Counted from the stretch's first letter, positions 8,396-17,831 are shown. The stretch: 64,000 bases of DNA from Candidatus Gottesmanbacteria bacterium RIFCSPLOWO2_01_FULL_43_11b (GCA_001780985.1 MFJV01000001.1:517099-581098), one strand, 5' to 3'. Translations and numbers: made by a program. Notes: generated from the sequence alone by a model not told the origin.

Positions 8396-9199
8396 ATGAA
8401 TATAAAACGAATACTATTGACCGGTGACGATGGATATAACAGTCTTGGCACGCGGCTTCTTATCTATTTTCTCAAAGACCGATACGAGCTTGCTATTGCC
8501 GGCACGAAACATCAACAAAGTGGGGTTGGGGGGCATGTAAATGTTTTAAAAGGAGGAAAGTGGGGACAAGAAAAAGTGGATGGAATTCCCGCTCTTTGGG
8601 TGAGTACATTCCCAGCAGATGCGATACACCTTGCGGCAAGTTTTTATAAACAACCGTTTGATCTGGTAATTTCAGGCATCAACCTAGGACTTAACATCGG
8701 AGGTGGTATCATTTCGTCCGGCACATTTTCAGCTGCAGCCGTTGCTATGAGTTTGCAAATGGCAAAGCGCGCAATAGTGTTAAGTTGGGATGTGCATTAT
8801 TCGCATTATTTCAAAGATCACAGTGGGGCTGAAGACATGAAAGAGTACATCGATTACCCCGGTTCAGTCGTCTTTGATCTCATAACACGCGCGATTGATC
8901 ACGATTTTTGGGGCGCATCAATTCTCAATGTGAATCTTCCGCTTGCAAAGACTCGCCGCGTTCGTTTCACTAAGCCACTTCCCGACCTCAAACTCTTCTA
9001 CGAGTATCCCCTTCGCACGGATCCGAAAAAGCATACATTTGCCTACCCCAAAGATAAACTGCACAGGCGCCAGAGTAGGAATTTGAGCTACGATTCAGGC
9101 GCAGTATTAGATGAGTGTATTTCACTAACACTCTATGAAGCTAATTTTGCGGCGGAAAAATTTTACAAAAAAATGCACGAGAGGGAAATGACGCTATGA
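8396..9199 (+). CDS. surE: 5'/3'-nucleotidase SurE
   Basis: ORF-track ORF 8063..9199 runs across two tRNAs. The real start is the ATG at 8396 (MNIKRILLTGDDGYNSLG, the SurE N-terminal DDG motif), and SurE-like features continue downstream (GINLGLN, NVNLP). Confidence 0.75.
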   Translation: MNIKRILLTGDDGYNSLGTRLLIYFLKDRYELAIAGTKHQQSGVGGHVNVLKGGKWGQEKVDGIPALWVSTFPADAIHLAASFYKQPFDLVISGINLGLNIGGGIISSGTFSAAAVAMSLQMAKRAIVLSWDVHYSHYFKDHSGAEDMKEYIDYPGSVVFDLITRAIDHDFWGASILNVNLPLAKTRRVRFTKPLPDLKLFYEYPLRTDPKKHTFAYPKDKLHRRQSRNLSYDSGAVLDECISLTLYEANFAAEKFYKKMHEREMTL

Positions 9200-9612
9200 C
9201 AATTACTATTTGCGGGAGCATGGAGTTTCACCAAAAAATGCGGGAAGTGCGAAGGACTCTTGAGATAGCGGGTCATACCGTATTGGTTCCGAAAAGCTTG
9301 GAACTCATGGATAAAGAAGGATTTGTGCATCCGACAACTGACGAAGACAAAATTACCGCTAAAATTGAGTACGATTTTATCCGCGAACATTTCCGAAAAA
9401 TTGAGAAAAGCGATGCGATTCTCATTCTCAATTATGATAAAAAAGGAATTACGAGTTATATCGGCGGCAATACGTTTCTTGAAATAGGATTGGCATTCTG
9501 GTTAGGCAAAAAAATTTATTTGTTTAATTCCATTCCAGAGATGGAATACAAAACAGAAATGCACGCGATGAAGCCTATTGTTCTTGGTGGAGATCTCACA
9601 AAAATTACTTAA
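9196..9612 (+). CDS. nucleoside 2-deoxyribosyltransferase-like protein
   Basis: 138 aa with a Rossmann-like start (ITICGSM) and the conserved C-terminal Glu-containing motif (GGNTFLEIGLAF) typical of the nucleoside deoxyribosyltransferase / LOG-like fold. Start overlaps the surE stop. Confidence 0.45.
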   Translation: MTITICGSMEFHQKMREVRRTLEIAGHTVLVPKSLELMDKEGFVHPTTDEDKITAKIEYDFIREHFRKIEKSDAILILNYDKKGITSYIGGNTFLEIGLAFWLGKKIYLFNSIPEMEYKTEMHAMKPIVLGGDLTKIT

Positions 9613-11639
9613 AGCTGGACATTCTTTCCATCGCGCTTCTCGATGTCAAGGATTATTCGCACAACATTTCCTTCTTTATCTTTTATCACAAGACTGCCAC
9701 CGTTAAATCCTTTCAGTTCACTATTTCTCTCATACTCCACCCCGTTATCGCCGTCGTAGGTCGTTGTCGTATAGAGATATGAACAGCATTCGAAGTAACT
9801 AGTGTTTAAAACTTTTCCAACAGTTACGATATTGCTTTGCCTGTATCGTCGACCAAGGTGAGATGTTAACGTAATTCCGGGAAAACTTCGCAGTTCGTTA
9901 GATACTGGTTTATAGAGAACGCCCAAGGGAATGGGTAGATCAGAAAGAGAGTTGCCGACGATCCGTTGATGAAATGCAATGTGGGCAACATTATGATCAA
10001 AAAGCTCCCAGAGAAGTTTCAATAGTTCTTCCTCGCGCAATTTATCAAGCAGTCCCGGAGTTGCCCAGATCATCACACTGTCAAAATCTTCTGCGAGAGC
10101 TGTTTTGTCACTTGCCAAAATACTTCCTCGTCGCCCTTCTTCAACAATTGTTTCGAGATACCTATCTTGACTGAGTTTGTCAATAAGATTCTCCCAATCC
10201 CAAAGAATTTTCCATTGACCACGTTCTTTAATAAGTTGGATTGTTTTGTTTTCTTCAAATGAACCGATGTGACGCGTATCGTACGTAATGCGAACGGGGA
10301 TTGTTTGCGGCGATTGCCATCGTGAGAGACGGGATGTATCGAATGAAACTGATACACTTTCTATTTCTGCTTGCGAAAAAGCTTGTAATCCAAATCGGCG
10401 AAAATTATCACGAGTTACTATTTTACTTTCGTTTGCGAGGTCTTCATAGATGTCATGGGAAAATCCATACTGCCAGTTATAGGAAAGTTGGTTGAGCATG
10501 CGGGCTGGTGTGGGAAAGAGAATGCCTGTCGAAAAAACTAGATTAACGAGAATAAGAATTATGGTTATGGGAATGGATCGGAGAAGTTTTGCACTCATCA
10601 AATAAAAAAACGGAAGCGGGAGCACTAAGTATCTTACCCAGAAAGGAATCATTGCAAAAAAGAGTAATGAAAAAAGTGTGAAGCCAGCGATCGGCAGCCA
10701 CATTATATTTTCTTTTTTTCGCAATATTTTTAACAGAGCGTCTACTGAAGAAATTGCTGCAAGCGGCGCGATGAGCGTCCACACGGGTGACCATTCTGGT
10801 GCACGGACCCAAATTCTCGTGAAAAGATTTTGGTACCAACCAGTTAAAAGTGCGGTGATACTGCTTCCGATATTAGGGACAAGGTTAGCGCTGAGATAGA
10901 AAGAGGCGATCCATTTTTGTACTCGCAGTAAATCCGCAAAACTATGACTGAGCGCTAAGTACTGTGCGTAGGGGAGAAGATAGGCAAGTGTTGTGATAGT
11001 AAAAAATATAAAGATTGTTTTCCACGATTTTGTGGTACGCCAAAGATAGAACCCGAGAAATATTGCAATCGGCGGGCTGAGAATCGGAAATTTTGTTTCC
11101 GAAAACAGACCAAAAGCAAGGCCAGAAAGAATAAATCTGCGTTTTAGTAAAAAGAGAAAAGTGAGGAGAAGAAAAAGAAGTTGGAGGCTGTCGAGCATGC
11201 TGAGCGGAAACTGACTTGTAATGAGTGGATCGGTGGCAATGAGAGTTGTGACGAGTAAAGCTCCTAATAAATTTTTGAGAAGAATGTTGCTTAAAAATAA
11301 TAGAGTTATTAATGAGAGTGTATTTATGAGAAATCCATACCAGTATCCATTACCAAAGATAAGAATGCTCAGTCCTATTAAATATTTCCCCAGCGGAGGT
11401 ACTTCCGCGTTGAGGAGTGTCGGGTCGCCGCCGCGAATTAAACGAAAGCCTTCATAGAGATAGAGTCCGTCATCTCCCAGTGTTCTGGCTGATAGAGGAA
11501 GTTTCCATTGCGAGTGTTCATATTTGTCTTTCCAATACGCCTCATCAAATGTTGAAAAAAAGAGCGCCCGGTTAGTAAAGAGAATAAGCGCAAGATGAGC
11601 AAGGATGATGAGCGCAAGAACTTTTTTAAGTACGCGCAT
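9609..11639 (-). CDS. GT-C fold membrane glycosyltransferase (PMT/ArnT-like, family 39-type) with a C-terminal soluble domain
   Basis: 676 aa. N-terminal ~420 aa has about 11 predicted TM helices with loop motifs (DEAYWKD, DDGLYLYEG). C-terminal ~250 aa is hydrophilic. It is one of three paralogues in the window. Confidence 0.55.
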   Translation of the reverse strand: MRVLKKVLALIILAHLALILFTNRALFFSTFDEAYWKDKYEHSQWKLPLSARTLGDDGLYLYEGFRLIRGGDPTLLNAEVPPLGKYLIGLSILIFGNGYWYGFLINTLSLITLLFLSNILLKNLLGALLVTTLIATDPLITSQFPLSMLDSLQLLFLLLTFLFLLKRRFILSGLAFGLFSETKFPILSPPIAIFLGFYLWRTTKSWKTIFIFFTITTLAYLLPYAQYLALSHSFADLLRVQKWIASFYLSANLVPNIGSSITALLTGWYQNLFTRIWVRAPEWSPVWTLIAPLAAISSVDALLKILRKKENIMWLPIAGFTLFSLLFFAMIPFWVRYLVLPLPFFYLMSAKLLRSIPITIILILVNLVFSTGILFPTPARMLNQLSYNWQYGFSHDIYEDLANESKIVTRDNFRRFGLQAFSQAEIESVSVSFDTSRLSRWQSPQTIPVRITYDTRHIGSFEENKTIQLIKERGQWKILWDWENLIDKLSQDRYLETIVEEGRRGSILASDKTALAEDFDSVMIWATPGLLDKLREEELLKLLWELFDHNVAHIAFHQRIVGNSLSDLPIPLGVLYKPVSNELRSFPGITLTSHLGRRYRQSNIVTVGKVLNTSYFECCSYLYTTTTYDGDNGVEYERNSELKGFNGGSLVIKDKEGNVVRIILDIEKRDGKNVQL

Positions 11640-11659
11640 AGCGCTATAATAGCACCATT

Positions 11660-11731
11660 GCCCCTGTAGTTTAACGGACAGAATGTCGGTTTCCGGAACC
11701 GATGATACCAGTTCGATTCTGGTCGGGGGCG
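11660..11731 (+). tRNA. tRNA-Arg (anticodon CCG)
   Basis: Acceptor GCCCCTG/CGGGGGC, anticodon stem TCGGT/ACCGA with loop TTCCGGA, T-loop TTCGATT. Confidence 0.8.
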
Positions 11732-12661
11732 CTAGACACGAGCAACCTTGCGTAGCTCTTGGAGTATACCTTTACTTGCTGCAAGAAACACACCGAATAT
11801 AACTAAAATACCGCCAATAAAAAATCCCAGCGTCAGTTTTTCACCAAGAAAAAGGACATTAACTATCACTGCAAAGAAGGGTTGAATATAGACGTTGAGT
11901 GACGCAGTAGTTGCCGATGAATGCTTGATTGCCCACTGAAACAAAACAAATGTTGCCACTGTCACCGCAGTGCCTAGGTAGAAAAACAGGAAAAGATAGT
12001 GCGGATTAAGAAGCAGAGCTACATAGCGCGTTTGATAATTTATAATAGAAAGAGGGAAAAATATAATTGTAGTTGTAAAAATGGAGACTGCGGACATTGC
12101 AAGTGAGGAATACTGTTTCTTATTAATCATATGACGAGAACCGAGAGTATAAAATGACCATACAAATACTGCTGAAAAGAAAAACATATTACCACGGATT
12201 TCTCCACTGATCAGTTGTTTTTGTTCAATGAACGGAAGAAGGACGATGAGCAGGACTCCCATAAGACCAATAAGAAGACCTGCAATTTTTGTTGGTGAGA
12301 CAGATTCTTTAATTAATCGTGGAGCTAGGATCGCAACGACGAGTGGAACAGCAGTATAAATAATAGCTGCCGCATTGGCCGTTGAAGTTCTGAGGCCAAG
12401 GTAGTAGAAGGCGACGTTTGCGGTTAAGAGACACGCAATGGGAACAAGATCAATAAACATTTTTTTCCCAATATTTTTTTCTCTGAGAAATAGTGGAAGA
12501 ATGACAATAGAAGCGATTAAAAAACGAACGAATGCTGCTGTGTACGGGTCAAAGTCGCGAACGATGATTTTCGAGAGCCCCGCAGTAGACCAGAGAAGAG
12601 AGGCAAGAACAATAGCGATAAGGGCAATCATGCGGGAAGACATAAACGTAGTATAATCCAA
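11732..12661 (-). CDS. EamA/DMT-family transporter
   Basis: 309 aa with ten predicted TM helices in two-repeat organisation and EamA-like segments (LLWSTAGLSKI; GGILVIFGVFLA). Confidence 0.75.
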   Translation of the reverse strand: MDYTTFMSSRMIALIAIVLASLLWSTAGLSKIIVRDFDPYTAAFVRFLIASIVILPLFLREKNIGKKMFIDLVPIACLLTANVAFYYLGLRTSTANAAAIIYTAVPLVVAILAPRLIKESVSPTKIAGLLIGLMGVLLIVLLPFIEQKQLISGEIRGNMFFFSAVFVWSFYTLGSRHMINKKQYSSLAMSAVSIFTTTIIFFPLSIINYQTRYVALLLNPHYLFLFFYLGTAVTVATFVLFQWAIKHSSATTASLNVYIQPFFAVIVNVLFLGEKLTLGFFIGGILVIFGVFLAASKGILQELRKVARV

Positions 12662-12665
12662 ACAC

Positions 12666-12753
12666 GGAAGGGTCGCATAGTTGGTCTAGTGCGTTCGCTT
12701 GGAGAGCGAATATCACCGCAAGGTGATCGCGGGTTCGAATCCCGCCCCTTCCG
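12666..12753 (+). tRNA. tRNA-Ser (anticodon GGA)
   Basis: Acceptor GGAAGGG/CCCTTCC, anticodon stem TTCGC/GCGAA with loop TTGGAGA, long variable arm, T-loop TTCGAAT. Confidence 0.8.
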
Positions 12754-12756
12754 CTC

Positions 12757-13506
12757 ATGATTGATTTTCTCAAACGTATCACTGTTGAAGCCGGAGAGCT
12801 GATTGAACGAACAGAACGCACGAAAGCAAAAGACAAAGGCGTTGCTGGTTGGGCAACGGAAGCGGATTTTGCTAGCGAAGAATTCTTGATGTCTCAAATC
12901 CACAAACAATTTCCCTCTCACAAAATTCTTTCAGAGGAAACAGAAAATACTCTTGAAGACCTAGAGAAAGAGCCACATCTGTGGGTTATCGATCCTGTCG
13001 ATGGTACGACAAATTTTTCCTTCCACATTCCGTTCTACTGCATTTCCGCCGGATATATGGAAAATGGAAAGACCATTGCGGGCGCCGTGTATGACCCCTC
13101 CCGTAATGAACTTTTTTGGGCAGAAGATGGTAAGGGTGCATTTATGAATACCACACGACTTACCATTGATCAGCAGACGTCATTTAAGGGGAAAGTGGCA
13201 TGCGTTGGTTTTTGGCATCCAAACAAAAAAGATTTTCGGGTAACCCAAAAAATTTACAAGCAAGGAGCTGCGAATATAGTCTCACACGGTTCTGCCGCAC
13301 TTTCTCTTTCATATATTGCAGCCGGTCGACTCTTTCTGTTTTATCAATCAACACCGCTCCATGCATGGGACGTTGCCGCGGCTCAACTAGTTATAGAAGA
13401 GGCAGGAGGGAAATTCTTTTACGAAGGATCTTACTTTAGCCCTCACAATATTATTGCTGGAAACCAGTGGGGTGTTGACCAAACAAAACACATTCTCCAT
13501 ATATGA
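12757..13506 (+). CDS. suhB: inositol monophosphatase family protein (SuhB-like)
   Basis: Canonical IMPase motifs WVIDPVDGTTNF and WDVAAAQLVIEEAGG. Confidence 0.85.
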   Translation: MIDFLKRITVEAGELIERTERTKAKDKGVAGWATEADFASEEFLMSQIHKQFPSHKILSEETENTLEDLEKEPHLWVIDPVDGTTNFSFHIPFYCISAGYMENGKTIAGAVYDPSRNELFWAEDGKGAFMNTTRLTIDQQTSFKGKVACVGFWHPNKKDFRVTQKIYKQGAANIVSHGSAALSLSYIAAGRLFLFYQSTPLHAWDVAAAQLVIEEAGGKFFYEGSYFSPHNIIAGNQWGVDQTKHILHI

Positions 13507-14921
13507 ATCGAGCCACCGCAGTGCTCCTAGTTTTCCTTACGCTATGCTCATTTTCTCTCCGTTGGTGGATGATGCCTTCATATTTGTTTTTCGGTCCGGA
13601 ACAAGGGAGGGATTTTTTTGAGATAAAAAAAATCACGGAAGGAAATTTCACACTCATCGGCGCAAAAACTGATTTCGATGGAATTTTCCATGGTCCGATT
13701 GAATATTATCTTGCTGCCGTTCCATTCTTATTCTCCCGTGGAAATCCTATTGCCGTGAGTTTCTTTTTTACCCTGATTCAATCAGCAACAGTGTTCGTCG
13801 CATATGCGCTTGGCAAAGAAATATCCGGGAAACGATCTGTCGGCATTACCTCTGCGATACTTTTTGCCGTTTCGTACGGAGCCGTCGTCTATAGTCGGTG
13901 GCTTTCACAACCACCTTTAGCAATTCCTCTTGCATTTCTTTTTCTATTTTTTCTTTTTCGATTTCTTCACGGCAAAAAAACTTCACTCATTGGCGTTGCA
14001 GTTTGCGCCGGACTTTTGGGGCAAGTGCAATTTATAAACTACTTGTTTGTTCCCTTATTTCTCGTTTATATTATTTTTCGTTTTCGGAAAAAATTTATTA
14101 ACATTCCCAAAAATATTATATGGGGATCATTGGTGTTATTTCTCATAACCGCATGGGGGAATTTTTTACTTTTTGATCTTCGCAATAATTTCTTAATGCT
14201 TCAAAATATTCGTCATGTTCTGATTTCTCCCTCTGTTGGACTGCCGTTTTTTGCGTCGATCGTTGAAACGGGAAAGTTATTTATTTCTTGGATAGGAATA
14301 TTTAATGGAGTTCCGGTGTTGTTCGCTACTCTAATTTTTGTTGCGCTTCTCTTAAATAAAAAAGAGATGTTGTCTGTTTGGATGATTTTACCTCCCGCGG
14401 TACTCATTCTTTTTCGACGGGGGGCACTGGATCAGTTATTTGTCGTACTTATTCCAGCAGCGATAGTTGGTATTGCAATGATTTTATCAGAAAAAAAATC
14501 ATTGATAGTTGTTTTTGTAGTATTAAATTTGCTTATGATATGGAACAATATTCCGACGAATAAAAATATTTTTTTCCAGGCGCCGCAACCAGATGTTCGA
14601 TACAGCGATCAGATTCGTGTTATTGATGAAATTTACAGCCGGGTAGGCAATGATTCGTTTGAAATTCAAGCCTACACCGTTCCGCATGCGTGGCAGGATT
14701 CTTGGCAGTATCTTTTTTGGTACCGGGGAACGACCCGCTACGCTGGGAAACTTCCGGTTGCCCACGGAGGGTACAATATGTTTGTAATTATTCAAAAAGA
14801 CGAACCGAATAGAACATTCCAAGAAAACTGGTACCGTGATATTGTAAGCAAGTTAGGAAAACTAACAGACCAATTTACGATTGGAGAGTATGCTGTTGAG
14901 AAACGTTTGATGTTCCAGTAA
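13503..14921 (+). CDS. GT-C fold membrane glycosyltransferase (PMT/ArnT-like) paralogue
   Basis: 472 aa with about 10 predicted TM helices and the same overall architecture as 9609..11639 and 18917..20437. Confidence 0.5.
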   Translation: MNRATAVLLVFLTLCSFSLRWWMMPSYLFFGPEQGRDFFEIKKITEGNFTLIGAKTDFDGIFHGPIEYYLAAVPFLFSRGNPIAVSFFFTLIQSATVFVAYALGKEISGKRSVGITSAILFAVSYGAVVYSRWLSQPPLAIPLAFLFLFFLFRFLHGKKTSLIGVAVCAGLLGQVQFINYLFVPLFLVYIIFRFRKKFINIPKNIIWGSLVLFLITAWGNFLLFDLRNNFLMLQNIRHVLISPSVGLPFFASIVETGKLFISWIGIFNGVPVLFATLIFVALLLNKKEMLSVWMILPPAVLILFRRGALDQLFVVLIPAAIVGIAMILSEKKSLIVVFVVLNLLMIWNNIPTNKNIFFQAPQPDVRYSDQIRVIDEIYSRVGNDSFEIQAYTVPHAWQDSWQYLFWYRGTTRYAGKLPVAHGGYNMFVIIQKDEPNRTFQENWYRDIVSKLGKLTDQFTIGEYAVEKRLMFQ

Positions 14922-14927
14922 AACATC

Positions 14928-14956
14928 TTGACACAAGTGTATATAAAGTATATACT
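14928..14956 (+). promoter_or_regulatory. consensus sigma70-type promoter with an operator-like inverted repeat for the RelB-RelE operon
   Basis: TTGACA (14928-14933), 17-nt spacer, TATACT (14951-14956). An imperfect inverted repeat ACACAAGTGTATATA / TATATACTTTGTGT spans the -35 to +1 region. The ATG at 14965 implies a leaderless or near-leaderless transcript. Confidence 0.55.
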
Positions 14957-14964
14957 TTGTGTAT

Positions 14965-15300
14965 ATGAATACGGCAGTCGTTAATATTAAAGTTGATCCG
15001 AAACTGAAAAAACAAGCGCAGAAAACAGCGTCTGCTTTAGGATTTTCACTAAGCTCTCTTATTAACGGGTTTCTTCGACAGTTAGTGCGCGATCGTTCTA
15101 TCGGATTTTCCGATGTACGACTAGAATTAACCCCCTACGCAAAAAGAATGCTACAGGAATCGGAGGAGGAAATCCGTTCTGGGAAGGCGAAGTCATATTC
15201 GCCAGATGAATATCTTGCGTATATTGATACAATAATTCGTAATGAAGAGAAACATCGTAAAAGTGGTTCCCACTCCAAAGTTCGAAAAATTACTACGTAA
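14965..15300 (+). CDS. type II antitoxin, RelB/DinJ family
   Basis: N-terminus VNIKVDPKLKKQAQKTASALGFSLSSLINGFLRQLV is the RelB/DinJ ribbon-helix-helix signature. The ORF track starts at GTG 14959; ATG 14965 is preferred. It overlaps the toxin gene by about 59 nt. Confidence 0.7.
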   Translation: MNTAVVNIKVDPKLKKQAQKTASALGFSLSSLINGFLRQLVRDRSIGFSDVRLELTPYAKRMLQESEEEIRSGKAKSYSPDEYLAYIDTIIRNEEKHRKSGSHSKVRKITT

Positions 15301-15529
15301 AGCACCGAGACTAGTACGACGCGCATATCAACAGAGACTTACAATATTTCTTCGTGATCAATTTCATCCTTTTCTCAACAATCACTTGCTTATAGGATCG
15401 TATAAAGGATATAGAAGTATTAATGTTACTGGCGATTGGCGAGCATTGTATAAAGAAATTATTATTGATGATGACCGTTTAATTATTGAATTTCATTTGC
15501 TTGGCACGCACAGCCAGTTGTATCGATAA
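15242..15529 (+). CDS. type II toxin, RelE/YafQ-family mRNA interferase
   Basis: 95 aa with the RelE/YafQ signature SINVTGDWRALYKEI...IIEFHLLGTHSQLY. Confidence 0.7.
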   Translation: MKRNIVKVVPTPKFEKLLRKAPRLVRRAYQQRLTIFLRDQFHPFLNNHLLIGSYKGYRSINVTGDWRALYKEIIIDDDRLIIEFHLLGTHSQLYR

Positions 15530-15535
15530 ACTTGT

Positions 15536-16006
15536 ATGATTACCTGCACATTTGAAAATAGAGGAAAAGCGAGTTTGCGGCATGTCGTCGTCCATGCGAT
15601 TGTTGAAAAAGACGGAACACTGCTTTTAGTTAAGCGCGCAGGGCCGATTCTTGAAACCGGCAAGTGGAGTTTGCCCAGCGGATTTATGGACAGAGATGAG
15701 ACAGCAGGAGAGGCGATTATCCGTGAAATTTTGGAAGAAACAGGTTGGCAATGTGAAGTTATTTCTTTATTCCGCATAAACACAAACCCCAATCGTCCCA
15801 AAGAAGACCGACAAAATATTTCAATTGAATTTATTTGCAAACCGATTAAAAAAATTGGAGATCCGGACAAAGAGAATTCTCAAGTCGAATGGATTGCATT
15901 TGAGAAACTTCTGCCGGTTGATGAATTTGCATTTGACCACGGGGAAAGTGTACGGTTGTATCTTAATCACAAAAAATCACCAGTCTCCTTGCCAATCTTC
16001 ACCTAG
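15536..16006 (+). CDS. NUDIX hydrolase
   Basis: Nudix box SLPSGFMDRDETAGEAIIREILEETGW (G-x5-E-x7-REuxEExGu). Confidence 0.8.
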   Translation: MITCTFENRGKASLRHVVVHAIVEKDGTLLLVKRAGPILETGKWSLPSGFMDRDETAGEAIIREILEETGWQCEVISLFRINTNPNRPKEDRQNISIEFICKPIKKIGDPDKENSQVEWIAFEKLLPVDEFAFDHGESVRLYLNHKKSPVSLPIFT

Positions 16007-16028
16007 CGATGTATTCTGCTTTCTGCCT

Positions 16029-17768
16029 ATGAGCGATATTGATGAGGTTAAATCACGGCTTAATATTGTCGACGTGGTCGGTGAGAGGGTGCAGCTCAAA
16101 AAAGCCGGGAGAAATTTTAAGGCACTGTGCCCTTTTCACACGGAAAAAACTCCTTCGTTTATTGTTTCCCCAGAACGGCAAACGTTCCACTGCTTCGGGT
16201 GCGGCAAGGGAGGGGATGTTTTGACCTTTATTATGGAGTATAACCATGTGGATTTTGTCGAAGCACTTGAAATGTTGGCAGATAAAGTGGGCGTGAAACT
16301 TACCCGTCGACCCCCGGATACCACAGAAGGAAAACTCAAGCAAAAACTATACGAAGTGAATCACTTGGCGAGTGAGTTTTATCATTATCTCCTCACTAAG
16401 CATCGTTTGGGTGAGTCTGCGCGGCGCTACCTCAAAGAGCGGGGTATTTCTGATAAATCAATAAACACCTTTGCTTTGGGATACAGTCCCAATAGTTGGG
16501 ACGGTCTTTCAAAATTCCTCCGGAAGAAAGGGTATGACGAAAAACTTATTGAAACTGCAGGGCTTGCGATTGCCGGACAGAAAGGATACTACGACAGGTT
16601 TCGGGGAAGGGTGATATTTACACTGAAAGATCACAGGGGACAAGTGGTTGGATTTGCAGGTCGTGTTCTTGATCCGGAGGTTAAGGAAGCAAAATATATT
16701 AACACCAGTGAAACGCCGGTTTATATAAAAAGCAATGTGCTCTATGGACTTGATGTAACTAAAGATGCAATTCAAAAACAAAACGAGGCAGTGGTTATGG
16801 AAGGAGAGCTCGATGTCATCTCTTCATTTCAGGCTGGTATTGCCAATGTGGTAGCGATAAAAGGATCAGCACTCACCGAAGGACACGTCCGGCTCCTTAA
16901 ACGTTTCACTGAGCGCCTAACTTTTTCTCTCGACAGTGATGTTGCCGGCGATGCAGCAGCACGGCGGGGTATTGAAATAGCCGAGAGCGCTGGTATGGAC
17001 ATGCGGGTTGTTATTTTGCTGTCAGGTAAAGATCCCGATGAAGCCGCACGAGAAAATCCGGGAATATATAAGAAAGCAATTAAAGAAGCAATTCCTATTT
17101 ATGATTATTTTCTGCGCTCGGCAATTTCTCGCTTTGATGCCAACACGGTCTTTGGCCAAAAGAAGATCGGAGAAGAACTTATTCCGATTTTGGTTAAAAT
17201 AGAAAACCCTATTGTTCAAGCACACTATGTGAAAAAACTTGCTGACGCAGTCGACGTTTCGGAGGCGACAATAATTGAAGGATTGGAAAAGGCAAAACGA
17301 ACACTGGAAAAAGGTATTATTGGCTCCGTTAAATTAACCTCGGATCAACCAGTACGCACCCGAGGAGAAAAACTAGAAGTGTATCTTTTGGCATTACTCC
17401 TCCAGGGAAGGACAAGCGAATTTTATACGGACTTGATTCGCCTCATTGTCCTTGAAGATTTCTCGCTCTCTCCGGTTCGTGAACTTATCCAAAGGCTCGG
17501 TGGTTTTGTCAAAAACAATAAGACTTTCAATCTCAAAAAATTTGCTGACCAACTTCCTCCAGAGCTTATCTCCACACTCGATGAAGCAGCGCTTATGGAT
17601 CTATCGGATATTGTCGAGGACAACAATCGTTTAGAGCGGGAGTGGGTTAATGCTACTCGTGAAGCGCAAAAAATGATAGTGAAAAGAAAAATGAACCGGG
17701 TCACCGGAGTGGAGCTTCGTGACCTTACCCGTAAACTTTCAAAGCTAGAAAAACAAGCCGAAATCTAA
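16029..17768 (+). CDS. dnaG: DNA primase DnaG
   Basis: The track ORF starts at 15825 inside the NUDIX gene. The ATG at 16029 gives MSDIDEVKSRLNIVDVV followed by the zinc-binding CPFHTEKTPSF...HCFGCG motif. TOPRIM features follow (EGELDVIS, DSDVAGD). Confidence 0.9.
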   Translation: MSDIDEVKSRLNIVDVVGERVQLKKAGRNFKALCPFHTEKTPSFIVSPERQTFHCFGCGKGGDVLTFIMEYNHVDFVEALEMLADKVGVKLTRRPPDTTEGKLKQKLYEVNHLASEFYHYLLTKHRLGESARRYLKERGISDKSINTFALGYSPNSWDGLSKFLRKKGYDEKLIETAGLAIAGQKGYYDRFRGRVIFTLKDHRGQVVGFAGRVLDPEVKEAKYINTSETPVYIKSNVLYGLDVTKDAIQKQNEAVVMEGELDVISSFQAGIANVVAIKGSALTEGHVRLLKRFTERLTFSLDSDVAGDAAARRGIEIAESAGMDMRVVILLSGKDPDEAARENPGIYKKAIKEAIPIYDYFLRSAISRFDANTVFGQKKIGEELIPILVKIENPIVQAHYVKKLADAVDVSEATIIEGLEKAKRTLEKGIIGSVKLTSDQPVRTRGEKLEVYLLALLLQGRTSEFYTDLIRLIVLEDFSLSPVRELIQRLGGFVKNNKTFNLKKFADQLPPELISTLDEAALMDLSDIVEDNNRLEREWVNATREAQKMIVKRKMNRVTGVELRDLTRKLSKLEKQAEI

Positions 17769-17831
17769 TATAATAGCCTTTGAAGCGAAGTCACCGGCCC
17801 GTCAGCTGACGGACTGGTACTTTCGGAACCT

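Noticed and set aside
12549-12921. Minus-strand ORFs 12549..12836 and 12628..12921
   Set aside because: They overlap tRNA-Ser(GGA) and the well-supported IMPase gene on the other strand, and have no motifs. They are spurious.
15825-16028. N-terminal extension of dnaG from the track (MNLFANRL...)
   Set aside because: It overlaps the NUDIX gene in another frame. Primase zinc-finger homology begins at the ATG at 16029.
17769-17774. TATAAT upstream of rpoD as a promoter
   Set aside because: There is no acceptable -35 at 16-18 nt spacing. Only the hexamer is noted, within the palindrome finding.
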